Origin: a virus
Taxonomy: Duplodnaviria; Caudoviricetes
DNA length: 64,000 bases
Strand: one strand, 5' to 3'
IMG/VR virus record: IMGVR_UViG_3300028591_000127
Coordinates: 32,001-96,000 of that record
Shown: positions 9,701 through 21,082 of the stretch, piece after piece
Position numbering within the stretch: the stretch's first letter is position 1
How the letters are laid out: every line of letters starts with the position of its first letter
Notes under the pieces: model-generated
Seen by the model: only the letters and a program-made list of their open reading frames with translations
What the model was told of the DNA's origin: nothing
Databases searched by the model: none
Made by a program: the position numbers and the translations under genes

Positions 9701-12700
9701 TCAAACGTAATAAATATGATTAACCTCCTCTATCTCTACTTTTTCACCCTCCAAACCATAAGAAGGATTTTTAGTATATCCACTGAGGAAAATCTTAAGA
9801 ACTCCTTGCTCTCCAGTATTTCCAGTAGTAGGACAAGGAACACATTTTAAGAAATCAAGTCTTATTCCATACAAATCACCGAACGTATAAGGTTCATAAT
9901 GAGTGAAAGGAGTTACTGTCCAAGTCTTATCAATTTTAGGATAGAAGAAAATTCTACTATTCCAACCTGTCCCTTCGACATATCTAAATCTCTTGGAAAC
10001 TACTGTCGTGGTGTCTCCCGTTGGCTCATCTGGTTCATCCGGCTCGTCTGGATCGTCTGGATCATCATCCCCTGAAGTATTAGTGGCTTCAAGCCCAACA
10101 CACCATTTCCATCTCATTCTATTATAAAACAGAGATGCAATGGAATATCCAATACAGATCTTTGGGATAATATCGATAGTAGGAATCCAGTTCTCTAGAT
10201 CAGAAGGCTCCCAGAAATATTCTTCATCTCTTAGATTCTTATAGGTAAACTCGATCTGTTGAATTTCGTAGTACCATTTGAATCTTGGAGTGCCTACATT
10301 GTCAGAGTTGTTATGGTTAACATTAGTACCTCTATAGATATCAAGCATATCAGCTCTAGAGTCATTTGTGGCTGTTAAGACATGATCACTATATTTTTCA
10401 TACAATCCTTGATCATTTGGACTAAGTACATAGAGGCTATTGACTGGTTTACCAACATAGTATTTTTTCTTTTCATCAATGCTAGTATCAGCAGGTCTCT
10501 CGTAGTTATGACTGCTAGAGTTATAAACGTACCAATAAGTTCTTTTAACTGTGGCATAACCTGTTTTACCTGGGCCGTAGTCATTTTCGTCCAGACTTAG
10601 ATATGTAGAGCTAGTTCCAGTTGCAGAAGGATTTCTTTCAAAACTTACAATCTTTATCTTGATAAATTGATCTCCATCCTCACAAACATAATAATCCTTA
10701 TCTTCCTGAACAGTAGTATCATTGGAAAGAGAGTATTGTTTAATATACATCTCTCCAAGATCCCCATCAGTATATTCATCTCCTGGTTGGTAGTTTGATA
10801 AATCTAATAGAGTATAGTTATCTCCTTCCTTTTCATAGTAGGAGTACTTATCACTAATCAAGTAATTGTCCTGATCATCGACGGGGTTATCTACGCCCTC
10901 AGAACTAACTTGAATATAACCACTTACCTCAAACCAACCTTCAGTAGAGGGGGAATGTTCTCTCAGCTTACTATCATCTAGAATATGATACTTGTTGCTA
11001 AAGTATTCAATTCCTCTATATGGTCTTCTCTCAGCTGCATTCTTATAATTATAGATGGCATTAGCAATACCCTTATAGAGCTGACCAACCTTATGACAGA
11101 GTCCATACTTCTTTGGGCTAATATACTCATCAACCAATAAGACAGGGGTGCAGATCTTACCTTCTGGATTTAATGATGTAGGAATAGTTTCTCCAATATA
11201 ATAATTTGTATTGGGATTAAACAATACATCATAGGATCTTACGTAAGGAGTTAATACATCATTAGTTGGATTCTTAACAAAATAGCCTTCTTCAATTGGA
11301 GACACAAGAGTATTAGAAATATAAAGAGGTGTAGTATCTGCTTTTGTTTTTGCATATGTCTTAAACCCATCTCTAATATTACCAATAATTGTATCAGCAG
11401 TCTTTACGACAACTTTCTCAAATAGATTGGCTAGAGGATATGTTACCAATGACCAAGTGTTTAATCTCTTATAGTAAGTTCTTCCACCTACCGCTGTTTC
11501 ATCTGTTGTCTTAATCCAGTTATAGGTTCCAACACCATCACCAGGCACTCTTTCGAACAACTCATCGTTAGCAGGGGCTGTTGTGGTAGTGGCTTCATAG
11601 AGGTTAGAACCATCAGTAGCGCCTTCAACAAGTATATAACGATCTAAACCATCCTCACACTTAACCAGAGCATAGTAGTCTTTACCATCTGCTCTTACTG
11701 TATCGGCTGTCTTCACAAATTTAGTTTCGTACCACTCATCTTCACTAGGAGACTTAAGAAGACTATCTTTGCTTGAAGTTATATAAGAGGTTTGAGCATC
11801 TGTTTGAACTTTATAGTAAGTTTCGCTGTCATCCCAAGTAGTCTCAGTAGCTCTCTCCATCTTATAATTACCAAGGGCTGAATCGAAACCTGTCTTCTTG
11901 AAAAGACCGTGTTTATAGGGATTCAAAACAAGAGGATTACTTACCTTCTCATACCAATTCTGTGATACAGGACTATAGCTACTTCTTTTCCTATAATATG
12001 TTTTCCAGAGTCTTTTAATAATATCAAGAGACTTTTTGTATCTTCCGTCAACTAACTCATAGCAGTTATGCAGCAGTGGACTATCAATAAAGTCAGAGTA
12101 TTCGATATATTCCGGAACCTCCTCAAAGGCAGTACCCCTAACAGCTCCTGGACTAGGAGGGGTAGTTCTAATGATTCTATAGTATGTCTTAGTCAGTTGA
12201 TAAATAATATCATCTGTTGGAACATAGGTAGGCTCCTCATAGGTGCTTTTATCAACTGTAGAGAAAGATACACATTCTTCAATGCCATCGAAATCTCCAG
12301 TATTAGTGATGACTTTGAAAATCTTATTCTTCCAAGATCCAGGTTTAGCAAAGGATGATTGAACTTTAGGATTAACTACTTCATCATGCCTAATACCATA
12401 AATAATTCTCCTAACGTCGGTAAGTTTATCAAGATCAATTCTAGTTAGTTTAACTCCTTTCTTGTTTCCACTATCATCGTCATCACCTCCACCACCACCT
12501 TCATCAGTAGTAGTTACCTCTTCTTCATATCCTCCAACATATCCCTTATTGTTTTCCGAATAGACAACAACATCATTCTCGTTAAACTTTTTATCAAGTT
12601 GGCCTAAATCAACAATATAGGTTCTTGTATCAGTATTACCGTTCTTATCTCTCATCAGTACTTTAATCTCGACTTCTGTTCCATCAAGATTTATACTTTT

Positions 12701-14551
12701 GAAATCATAAGTTTTGTTTACGTCAATATCGCCAGTTGGGTATAAGAAGGATCTATCAATAATTTCTCCACTATTATCCTTTGAATATATTCTTTCAGTG
12801 TCTTCGGGAAGATAATTATTTACGTCTCTAGTTAGGATCTCTTTAACATAGTCCCCACAATATTTAGGAGGATTGTCTGTGCTAATTAGTCTATAATAGA
12901 CTACACCTGGCTCCATTTCATCATTACTGGCCAATTCATCTCCATAATCCTCATCAAAGGCAGGGACATAACCAAAGCCGTCAGGATCTGCTAAGAATAT
13001 TTCAGACTTCTTAATTCCTTCAATAGTTTCAATAGTGAAGAAATTAGTATTATAGTAGAAGAGTTTATATTCCTCAGACTGATCAACCAAACTATCAATA
13101 TCTATCTCACTCTTTACAGTCAGTTCTTTCGTTAATGTGTGAATAAAACTAATCTTACCTGCAAAATGATTATAGGTGTTATCTGAAAAATTACGTCTTG
13201 GTACTATAACTTGTTGAGTAACACTATAGTATGTTACCCCTGCCACAGGAGATTGATCAGTGGCGGGTTTATAAATTCCATCAAGAGAGTCAAAGTAATA
13301 GAGACCTAACTCAGCTGGATTGCTGTAAGCATTAGTACTATATTCTGTAAACTCGTTATAGAATAATGTAAAAGTAACCTTACCAGCATACAAATTGTTA
13401 GTTTTTGTAATACCACTTAGCTCAACTTTTAAGAAACAGCCATTAGGATAACCTTTAACCGGCTTTTTTATACAGTAGATGACGGGCTCTGTATAATATT
13501 CGTTTACTGTTGGGTCGAGATTAGCATCGGCCAAATTAACAGTTAGATTGTGATATGTCTTAGTGTCCGCATAAATCCAGTCGCCATCAAAGTATTCATC
13601 AAACTCCTCATAGATTCCCAGAGTTATAGGACAGAAAGATTCTCCCGGTTTAAAGTAGATATCATCCTCCTCTTCTCCAATAGTAAAAGAATATTTCTGA
13701 AGTTGAGTATCAGTATTCTCTCCGATTGGTAGTCTTTTAATTCTATAATTGTTTCTAATAAGTTCAGCTTCTGCATTGAGTCTTTGAAGCTCTTTCTTAT
13801 AAAACTCTTTAACTGAATCTAGCTCTTGAAGGATTGAACTACTTGCTGAATGTGAAGTCCTCCATTCACTAGCTTCGGTAGATTCAAAGACTGTCCCACT
13901 AGTACTCTCTACATAACGATACATAGTGGTTCCATAAGTAGGATCGACTAATTCTTGAACTCTGACATACTTCTTATCGGTGTCAGCTATATAAGTAAAT
14001 TGTCTAAGAATTACTTCTCCAAGCTCTTGAACCCAATCAGAATTATTTTCATTCTTAGTGATAAAGAAATTTGCTACAACATCTCTATCTACTCTAAAAA
14101 TGGCATTATTTAAGTCGGAGGTTTCAAGGACAGTATCGAGAGGGGTTAGTGTAGTTGAGACGATTTTGTCTTCTTGTTCAGACTCATCACCATTAAAGAA
14201 CTCACTAAGAATAATTTCTCTATCCTTTGTTATCTTATTGCTAATTAGTCCTTTGCTATTAAATCCACTCATATAAAGCTGAAGGATTCTACTCAAAGTT
14301 AGAAGTGATACCTCTTTATCTTCATCTTTATTAGGATCAAAATTCAGATATTCTTCTATTGAGGCAACATTATTACCAAGATATAGCTTGTAATAAAGAC
14401 TATTAGCCGGGAGTGAAGGATCTTTACCTGTTACGGTGGCTAAGACGTTGTATATTTCACCACCTTTCACAACAAAATCACCCTTCTCAAAAGTAGTATC
14501 TGGAGCATAGGCAAAAATACCCTTTATACTCTTTTCACTATTAATTATCAT
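9701..14551 (-). CDS. Large tail fibre/adhesin-like protein (1616 aa) with Tyr-rich repeats
   Basis: N-terminal CBM5/12-like motif (YAPDTTFEKGDFVVKGGEIY); many NP/SP-x-GWYE...T-D...KTYY modules; acidic linkers DEGGGGGDDDD and DDPDDPDEPDEPDEP. Confidence 0.6.
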   Translation of the reverse strand: MIINSEKSIKGIFAYAPDTTFEKGDFVVKGGEIYNVLATVTGKDPSLPANSLYYKLYLGNNVASIEEYLNFDPNKDEDKEVSLLTLSRILQLYMSGFNSKGLISNKITKDREIILSEFFNGDESEQEDKIVSTTLTPLDTVLETSDLNNAIFRVDRDVVANFFITKNENNSDWVQELGEVILRQFTYIADTDKKYVRVQELVDPTYGTTMYRYVESTSGTVFESTEASEWRTSHSASSSILQELDSVKEFYKKELQRLNAEAELIRNNYRIKRLPIGENTDTQLQKYSFTIGEEEDDIYFKPGESFCPITLGIYEEFDEYFDGDWIYADTKTYHNLTVNLADANLDPTVNEYYTEPVIYCIKKPVKGYPNGCFLKVELSGITKTNNLYAGKVTFTLFYNEFTEYSTNAYSNPAELGLYYFDSLDGIYKPATDQSPVAGVTYYSVTQQVIVPRRNFSDNTYNHFAGKISFIHTLTKELTVKSEIDIDSLVDQSEEYKLFYYNTNFFTIETIEGIKKSEIFLADPDGFGYVPAFDEDYGDELASNDEMEPGVVYYRLISTDNPPKYCGDYVKEILTRDVNNYLPEDTERIYSKDNSGEIIDRSFLYPTGDIDVNKTYDFKSINLDGTEVEIKVLMRDKNGNTDTRTYIVDLGQLDKKFNENDVVVYSENNKGYVGGYEEEVTTTDEGGGGGDDDDSGNKKGVKLTRIDLDKLTDVRRIIYGIRHDEVVNPKVQSSFAKPGSWKNKIFKVITNTGDFDGIEECVSFSTVDKSTYEEPTYVPTDDIIYQLTKTYYRIIRTTPPSPGAVRGTAFEEVPEYIEYSDFIDSPLLHNCYELVDGRYKKSLDIIKRLWKTYYRKRSSYSPVSQNWYEKVSNPLVLNPYKHGLFKKTGFDSALGNYKMERATETTWDDSETYYKVQTDAQTSYITSSKDSLLKSPSEDEWYETKFVKTADTVRADGKDYYALVKCEDGLDRYILVEGATDGSNLYEATTTTAPANDELFERVPGDGVGTYNWIKTTDETAVGGRTYYKRLNTWSLVTYPLANLFEKVVVKTADTIIGNIRDGFKTYAKTKADTTPLYISNTLVSPIEEGYFVKNPTNDVLTPYVRSYDVLFNPNTNYYIGETIPTSLNPEGKICTPVLLVDEYISPKKYGLCHKVGQLYKGIANAIYNYKNAAERRPYRGIEYFSNKYHILDDSKLREHSPSTEGWFEVSGYIQVSSEGVDNPVDDQDNYLISDKYSYYEKEGDNYTLLDLSNYQPGDEYTDGDLGEMYIKQYSLSNDTTVQEDKDYYVCEDGDQFIKIKIVSFERNPSATGTSSTYLSLDENDYGPGKTGYATVKRTYWYVYNSSSHNYERPADTSIDEKKKYYVGKPVNSLYVLSPNDQGLYEKYSDHVLTATNDSRADMLDIYRGTNVNHNNSDNVGTPRFKWYYEIQQIEFTYKNLRDEEYFWEPSDLENWIPTIDIIPKICIGYSIASLFYNRMRWKWCVGLEATNTSGDDDPDDPDEPDEPDEPTGDTTTVVSKRFRYVEGTGWNSRIFFYPKIDKTWTVTPFTHYEPYTFGDLYGIRLDFLKCVPCPTTGNTGEQGVLKIFLSGYTKNPSYGLEGEKVEIEEVNHIYYV

Positions 14552-17500
14552 TGTGTATCTTAAACTCTATTTCACTTAAATTACTTGTAAAACTTCCCTT
14601 GCCTACGTTAAAGATTCTAACAATGTAAACGCCAGGATTACCTGAAGCACCATATAAGCTAGTTTCTTCAACAGGTCCAAAGACAGTCATATCTCTGAGA
14701 GTACCAAAAACCTGAACCTCTTCATTTCCTTCATAGGGCCCAAACCACGTACTTGTTCCAGCAGGTCTGAACGAGATTTTAGGAGTTATATTGAGATCCT
14801 GAGTATAGATTTTAAACTCAGCCTTACTCAGGTTAGCTCTATAAGTATCTGGGTCAGCGACATCGACAGGTACAGCTATTTCACTATACTTTGGAACTGT
14901 AAAATATGGAGTCTTCACATCAAAGCCTTCATTGAAGATGCACCTAAATGTCATTTCAACAGTGTAGGTCTTCTCAAAGTAAAGTTTATATACTGGGGCA
15001 GCATTAAGATAAAGTTTGTCTGTTATTATGACATTACCATTACTAGTCTGCTCAAAACCAAGTAGAGTGTCTTCTTCGTCTCTTACATTAATATTAGAAA
15101 CGTACTCTCTGGTGACATTAACGAGGTTTATTCTATAGGTCAATATAGATCTACCTTCTAAACTTGAGATTGTGATAGCGTAAGACCTTCCAGCAACTAT
15201 TCTATCAGAGGCCTCACTATAAGAGGTACTGAAATTAACAGTTTCTTGTCTTTTTCCCCCATCAATATAGACCTGGAACGTAGGAGCCATTTCATAAGGA
15301 CCAAATTCTACATAAACAGTTCTATCCTCTCTAATGGTATCCCAAAGATCATATTCTCTACTTTTTACTACCAGGTTATCAGTACTTTGGTTGGTTGATC
15401 TAGTCTCAATAAACTCTTTCAGTGTTATAGTGCCCTCTTCATATTTTGTTCCAGACACTCTATAATCATAATTATTTAAAGTGGCTGCTGTATACTGAGT
15501 TTTATCTGTTACTCTATTGACTATTAAGATCTTATCATCCTGTTTTAGTACTTCAGCTTTATCCCACAACACTGCTCTTTTCGCAACTTTAATGCTGCTG
15601 GCCACATTGGATGCAGTAGCTATAACAATACCGTTAAATTTACTATAGAGCTTACTAAAATTTGCAGAGCTAGCATTTAGGATAGTGCTGTTAGGCAGAA
15701 CGTTAGTTTCTTTAGTGGAGGCTTTATTAATAATCTTATATTGAGCTGAATCAAGATAAGATTTATCGACGGTAAATCTACTCTTATTAGCGAGTGTTGC
15801 AACGCTCTTCTCCATTGATACACTAGCTTTTACATTAGCAACCGACGAAACTACTGAACTTTTCTTAACATCAAAGGCAATAGTATTAAGTAGGGCCTCA
15901 TTACTTTTTGTGTAAGGTTCAAGTTTCAATATTCTAATTGGATCTTCCTTAAACTCTCTTGACTCTGTATAGACTCTCTTCAGTATATAACCAGGCGCAG
16001 CTCTAAATCCTATAGATGTTTGGGTAGTATCGCTATTAACAGTCAATTTCTTTGGTGTTAGGATCTCGCCACCCTCTGAAACAACAATATTTATGGTATC
16101 TGTTTTCCAAGCTCTCATATTATCTAAGCCTGACCACTTTGGTGAAATATCGGGAAAGCTATTGACATTATTATTATCAACACTAATATAATACTTTCCT
16201 TTATATCTAACAAGCTCACCAGAAGAATAAACTCTAGAAACTAGCCAAGTATCATAAAGTTCAACCCAATAGTAGAGATAGTCTGTATAAGTGATTCCGT
16301 AATTATGACTATAGTTTATAGTTCTTGATAGCTCAACTTCAGGCTTTTCTCCGGGCCTATGAAGGTATGAATCTTCTCTTGTTGCAATATAAGACTTATC
16401 ACCTATTAGAACCTCGTCACCTTTCCTAATTACACCAGTTTTATTATTCAGTACTATTCCCTCTCGGGCAACACCTAAATCAGTTTCAGGGTGTACATTA
16501 AGAGATGCATTAATCCACTCAAAGATTATATTTCCTGTTGTTGTAGTTGTCCAATCAGAGCTTCCTACATACCTGATATAAGAGGTTTGAGTAGAAACTT
16601 TACCAGATTCATATACAACAGCCTTATATTTTCCGTTTATTTCTACTATTTGTCCTAATAAGAATCGTTCTTTTTCGCTCTTAGGGACAAAAGTCTGAAG
16701 TCCGGCATAATTCCTAATTAACTCTCTAAGGCCAGGATAATCTTCGTAGGTTCTTGTAAATCTTTTATTGCCAAGTAAAGTTCCAGAATTACCATCAAAG
16801 GTATATTGACCATCTCGTTTTAGATACTCTCCAGAACCTTTTCCGATTTTATGAAAGTCATCTTCTCTTAAGAGGTAAGTATTTTTATTTCTTTCTGGAT
16901 TATTTGAGCTAAGCCAGTTTTGATAAGAAATATTAATACTAACCACTTCACCCTCTGGAGAAATTATAAACCAGAGTACTTTTCTAGCGTGGATATTATT
17001 AAGGATCTCAATTTCGTATTCAAATTGACCAGGTATGTCTTCAACTAAGTCTTCTTTGCCGATAATTTCATTGACGAGATATACCTTATTATAGTTTTCA
17101 GGGACATCAATCATAACTAATCTCTGATCACCTATATTTGTCAGACTAAAGAATTGAGCCTCTAATCTTTCAAACCCACCATAGTTACCACAACAATATA
17201 CGCCTTCTAATGAACAGCCGTGAAATTCATAGAGTCTAAAGAAATTTGAATTTTCTCTTTTTATTTTTCTAAGTCTTTCACAGATTATTTCATCTATGAG
17301 GATTGTATAAACTTCTTTATCAGATACTTTCTCTTTACCTATAGTAACGCTTGACATCCCCATTCTAGGATTCTCAGAAAGAATCTCCTTACTGACATGG
17401 GCCTGTATGGCATCTGTTTCAAAAGTATAATCCCAGGTGTTCAAAAAGTCGTTATCTTTCTTAACAATAATTTTTATATAATCACCAATCTTAAAGTCAG

Positions 17501-17861
17501 GTAATGAAGCCCCTAGGATATACTTTTCATCCTCATAAAGAGCTGTAGAATCTAGGGTCACCATCCTAATTTCATCGACGGTATTAGTGGGAAAGAAGGT
17601 TTTAGAAATCTTGTCTATTTCCCAAGGATCCTTAAATTCTTCACTTGCGTTCTCTAAATACTCGAGATTAAAGGTATCGTTGTAGTTATCTTTTTGTAGG
17701 AGATTCTCTAAATTATATTCACCAAGATCAGCTACTCGCCCCAGTAACTTCTCATCACTTCCTCGATATTGAAGAATAGTAGAGCTTCCCCCTGTTATAG
17801 CAACAGTTTTAATGTCACTTATATGAGATCCAGAGGCAGTAATATTTAAGTTATTAGTCAT
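14541..17861 (-). CDS. Baseplate/fibre protein (1106 aa) with CBM5/12-like and InlB-B-repeat-like segments
   Basis: WLVSRVYSSGELVRYKGKYY...PDISPKW resembles a ChtBD3/CBM12 module, followed by VSEGGEI...AAPGYILKRV; lies after the wedge genes. Confidence 0.5.
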   Translation of the reverse strand: MTNNLNITASGSHISDIKTVAITGGSSTILQYRGSDEKLLGRVADLGEYNLENLLQKDNYNDTFNLEYLENASEEFKDPWEIDKISKTFFPTNTVDEIRMVTLDSTALYEDEKYILGASLPDFKIGDYIKIIVKKDNDFLNTWDYTFETDAIQAHVSKEILSENPRMGMSSVTIGKEKVSDKEVYTILIDEIICERLRKIKRENSNFFRLYEFHGCSLEGVYCCGNYGGFERLEAQFFSLTNIGDQRLVMIDVPENYNKVYLVNEIIGKEDLVEDIPGQFEYEIEILNNIHARKVLWFIISPEGEVVSINISYQNWLSSNNPERNKNTYLLREDDFHKIGKGSGEYLKRDGQYTFDGNSGTLLGNKRFTRTYEDYPGLRELIRNYAGLQTFVPKSEKERFLLGQIVEINGKYKAVVYESGKVSTQTSYIRYVGSSDWTTTTTGNIIFEWINASLNVHPETDLGVAREGIVLNNKTGVIRKGDEVLIGDKSYIATREDSYLHRPGEKPEVELSRTINYSHNYGITYTDYLYYWVELYDTWLVSRVYSSGELVRYKGKYYISVDNNNVNSFPDISPKWSGLDNMRAWKTDTINIVVSEGGEILTPKKLTVNSDTTQTSIGFRAAPGYILKRVYTESREFKEDPIRILKLEPYTKSNEALLNTIAFDVKKSSVVSSVANVKASVSMEKSVATLANKSRFTVDKSYLDSAQYKIINKASTKETNVLPNSTILNASSANFSKLYSKFNGIVIATASNVASSIKVAKRAVLWDKAEVLKQDDKILIVNRVTDKTQYTAATLNNYDYRVSGTKYEEGTITLKEFIETRSTNQSTDNLVVKSREYDLWDTIREDRTVYVEFGPYEMAPTFQVYIDGGKRQETVNFSTSYSEASDRIVAGRSYAITISSLEGRSILTYRINLVNVTREYVSNINVRDEEDTLLGFEQTSNGNVIITDKLYLNAAPVYKLYFEKTYTVEMTFRCIFNEGFDVKTPYFTVPKYSEIAVPVDVADPDTYRANLSKAEFKIYTQDLNITPKISFRPAGTSTWFGPYEGNEEVQVFGTLRDMTVFGPVEETSLYGASGNPGVYIVRIFNVGKGSFTSNLSEIEFKIHNDN

Positions 17862-18408
17862 AGAAGCTGGTTGTATCTACGGTTAATGTTCGTGTAGTAT
17901 AGGCTGTTCCTCCAAAAGTAAGTTGTCCTGAAAAATTGTCAAGAAACTTAAAGGAAGATTCATCTATATTAATATTGATTTGAAGGAAGTATAGAAGAGC
18001 CCCAAGGAATTCTTCAAAATATTTACAGAACCTATCTCTATCAATTCCCTCTGGAGTGCTTGTTAATCTAATAGTACAAACACCTCCGTTATAAAATAGG
18101 GGTTCTTCTAAGCTTCCTAGATTTATAATATTGTATTGTGTTAAGAGATTGAAGACTGTAAAAGTTCCCTTGACTGTATAGAAAGAGTGAGCCAGGTAAT
18201 TTATGTTTCCCTCTCTTGTTTTCTCATTCTCATTAGGGATAGCGTAATCTAAAAATCTATATACGGGATCATTCTTCACTCTCCATTCATACAGAGAATC
18301 AAGGTCGTTGAGGTCTGATGAATAGGTTGTGTTGTAAGCCCCCAATAGATTGACTAGCTGCTTTACTATTGGTATTTCCCTAAGATTTTTCTTTATATAG
18401 ATTTTCAT
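17854..18408 (-). CDS. Baseplate wedge protein (gp7/P2 gpI-like)
   Basis: Immediately downstream of the gp6-like gene; FYTVKGT resembles the conserved Y-x-x-KGT wedge motif. Confidence 0.45.
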   Translation of the reverse strand: MKIYIKKNLREIPIVKQLVNLLGAYNTTYSSDLNDLDSLYEWRVKNDPVYRFLDYAIPNENEKTREGNINYLAHSFYTVKGTFTVFNLLTQYNIINLGSLEEPLFYNGGVCTIRLTSTPEGIDRDRFCKYFEEFLGALLYFLQININIDESSFKFLDNFSGQLTFGGTAYTTRTLTVDTTSFYD

Positions 18409-20246
18409 TTCACAACGCTAGTAGTTATTGTGTAATTTATAGAGTAATAGGCATCAATCCCATGAGTATTAAGAATCGACTCTTCATCCACGGACCTACC
18501 CTCTGGAGTCTTATAGGTTATTGAAATCCTCTTAATCTTCTTAACATTTTCAAGCTTTCCAATATAAGCTTCAATTTCTTTTATTGTAGACTCATCAAAC
18601 TTAATACCAAACTTTTGCTGATAATATTTCTTGAGGATATTTGTTCCAATCAAGTCTTCATAATTCTCAGCCTCATTTCTAAACAATTCAACGTGGATAT
18701 CGAAGTTAGCAATATAGGCCTGTCCTTGATTAATATTAATATCATCAATAACGTAATAAGCTAAGTTATTCTGCTTAAAGGTATTAATCTCTTCGTCTGT
18801 CAAAAGTTGTGAACCTTTTGGAATATAATAGATGCTGATTACACTTGGTCTCGTACTATTACTGTTACTCTCAAAGCTGTAGATTGTTCCTCCAGCCATA
18901 ATTTTCTCTGGGTAAATTTCCTCTAATACAGTACCAATATCACTATTACTTCTTAGAATACTATTAACGAATCTATCACGAGAAGCTTTATAGTGAATAG
19001 TATTAAGGTCATCTGGATCTACTCCATCAACAAAACACATACCAGTAGTCCCTTCAAACGGAGTCAAACACTCTGTTCTAAGAAAGGGATTTTGATGTAT
19101 TGTTCCTAATGAGTCAGTAATATTCCCATAATCTAAATACTCAGCACCTTGAAGATTAAGTCTTCTCAGCTCATTGTTATTGTATTGTTCCAGCTTAGAG
19201 AAACCGAAGAACTTAGCGTAAACCCTTGTCGATGTGGCAGTAGGATCAAAGTTGGAATCTCTGTTTGCTTTGTTAGAATTATAATAATTAGCAATATAAA
19301 GTCTAGAACCAAAAGATGGTAAGGTCAGATCAAAGACATTACCTGTTAAGATATGCTCTGAAAATATTCTTGTTACATTGGCGGGCTTCATATCACTGAG
19401 AAGAGCTGATTTATTACCACTTTCTACAACTTGGCCAAGCTTTACAAAAACATCTGACGAAAGATTATCAGATATACAGTCAACATAGTAAGTATTACTT
19501 ATATCTACGTCAACATTATCAATTTCCAGAGACTCGCCCGTTCTTTTAGGGGCTATTAGGCACTTAATAAGCTGAATTCCTGATACTGACTCATCTTCTT
19601 CCTCTGTATTTTCATCATCAGTAAGAAGAGTTGGATAAAAGGTAGCAGTATTATAATTCCAATCTCCAGAAAATCTATAGTCAAGAGTTAGTTGATCTAT
19701 TGATACTTTGCCTGGCTTACTATATTTATAAATAGTTCCAGCAGCATTATCAACAATCATATTCTGGCTGGCATCATCAATACAAATAATACTATAGCCT
19801 TTTTTCCTCATTTCGTTTTCGTATGAGATCTCCTGTGAACTACTACTTGAGGATCCCATAGTTGTTGTTCCCCCTCTCACAATCTCGTCGTTCAGAATAT
19901 TCTTGATTTGATAATAACCAAGATAATAAACTTTGAAATTTTGAGATTCAATAAGGGTATCATAAGGATTTAAAGTCAGATATTTAGTGGGTCTGATTTT
20001 AAGAAAAACTCTTGGACAACTTCCTCTAAAAACTGAGTACATATTATCCATGCAGTGTTGGATCTTAGAGTTTATCAAAGCTGCCTTTTCAATTGAAGAT
20101 TCTTTAAGATAGGATATATTTTCTACTTCATTTATATAGGTAGCATTACTTAGCAACTGTACAAGGAGCTCAACTGATTCACCCTTTAAGCCAATATTTT
20201 TAGCAACCTGATTATACCTATCTATATAATCTTGTACTGTTCTCAT
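18405..20246 (-). CDS. Baseplate wedge subunit (T4 gp6/BaseplateJ-like)
   Basis: N-terminus LLVQLLSNATY...YLKESSIEKAALINSKIQH matches the gp6 pattern; follows the gp25-like gene. Confidence 0.65.
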   Translation of the reverse strand: MRTVQDYIDRYNQVAKNIGLKGESVELLVQLLSNATYINEVENISYLKESSIEKAALINSKIQHCMDNMYSVFRGSCPRVFLKIRPTKYLTLNPYDTLIESQNFKVYYLGYYQIKNILNDEIVRGGTTTMGSSSSSSQEISYENEMRKKGYSIICIDDASQNMIVDNAAGTIYKYSKPGKVSIDQLTLDYRFSGDWNYNTATFYPTLLTDDENTEEEDESVSGIQLIKCLIAPKRTGESLEIDNVDVDISNTYYVDCISDNLSSDVFVKLGQVVESGNKSALLSDMKPANVTRIFSEHILTGNVFDLTLPSFGSRLYIANYYNSNKANRDSNFDPTATSTRVYAKFFGFSKLEQYNNNELRRLNLQGAEYLDYGNITDSLGTIHQNPFLRTECLTPFEGTTGMCFVDGVDPDDLNTIHYKASRDRFVNSILRSNSDIGTVLEEIYPEKIMAGGTIYSFESNSNSTRPSVISIYYIPKGSQLLTDEEINTFKQNNLAYYVIDDININQGQAYIANFDIHVELFRNEAENYEDLIGTNILKKYYQQKFGIKFDESTIKEIEAYIGKLENVKKIKRISITYKTPEGRSVDEESILNTHGIDAYYSINYTITTSVVK

Positions 20247-20578
20247 AATTCGATAGTAAAGGTCTCTATTGTTTCATTAACGGAGACTGTCAACCTAGCT
20301 TTCTCCGCGTCAAGTAGTTCAATGCTGTCTAAAGTTAAGGTAACGTTATCGTTATCAGCAAACTTACTATTGATTGTTCTAACTAAAGAATCAATCCTGT
20401 TGCTTATTTCATTTTTCAAGTCACCTTTTTTAGTGTCTGTTAAGATAAAATCAAATCCCATATTAGACCCAGGGATATCCTTTGGGTAAATACTGAGATA
20501 GAGTTTAAACAAGTCTAAGATATACAGCTCTACTCTTTCAGTACTTCCTCCAGTACTAAGTAAATATTTAGTTTTCAT
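20243..20578 (-). CDS. Baseplate/sheath initiator (gp25-like)
   Basis: 111 aa with DIPGSNMGFD and C-terminal beta strands; precedes the gp6-like gene. Confidence 0.55.
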   Translation of the reverse strand: MKTKYLLSTGGSTERVELYILDLFKLYLSIYPKDIPGSNMGFDFILTDTKKGDLKNEISNRIDSLVRTINSKFADNDNVTLTLDSIELLDAEKARLTVSVNETIETFTIEL

Positions 20579-21075
20579 TCTATTGATACAAATGTAGCTG
20601 CCCCTGAATAGGTAGCATGAGATCCTGGAACTGTGTCTGTAGCTTTCTTAATTCCTGCTATAATTTCTTTACAGACAGATACCATGGCATCTTGCTGGTT
20701 ATCTGCCTTACTTGCTGTAATGTTGATTGTGGGAATTACGTAAGCAGGGGGTAGTGCAAATCCAGTCGGCCATACAACTTCCCAAGTTTTAGCATTATCA
20801 TTTAAGTCTGAACTAAATTTAGCTAAAGCACTGGAACAATCTGAAGCACCACTAGGACTTAAGGATCCAGCTGTTTTCAGATTAGTAATAATTTCGACCA
20901 TTGGATCTGGAGTAGCTTCAGGGTCAACAGCTGACCAAGCATAAGTTACTACAGCATTACCCTCTACATATTCACAAAGAGCTGCATAGAATTTGTTGTT
21001 AGCATCAGAGGCATCAGTACTCTTATTGATTCGACTAATTATAGCGTTAGCCATCGCTTCTGCTGTCATAGCCAT
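20575..21075 (-). CDS. Hypothetical baseplate-associated protein (166 aa)
   Basis: Ala-rich ORF between the spike/endonuclease and gp25-like genes. Confidence 0.5.
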   Translation of the reverse strand: MAMTAEAMANAIISRINKSTDASDANNKFYAALCEYVEGNAVVTYAWSAVDPEATPDPMVEIITNLKTAGSLSPSGASDCSSALAKFSSDLNDNAKTWEVVWPTGFALPPAYVIPTINITASKADNQQDAMVSVCKEIIAGIKKATDTVPGSHATYSGAATFVSIE

Positions 21076-21082
21076 AGTACTA

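Noticed and set aside
1921-17861. Diversity-generating retroelement or invertible fibre cassette
   Set aside because: No reverse transcriptase, recombinase or template/variable repeat pair was seen in the window, though a by-eye search could miss a short repeat.
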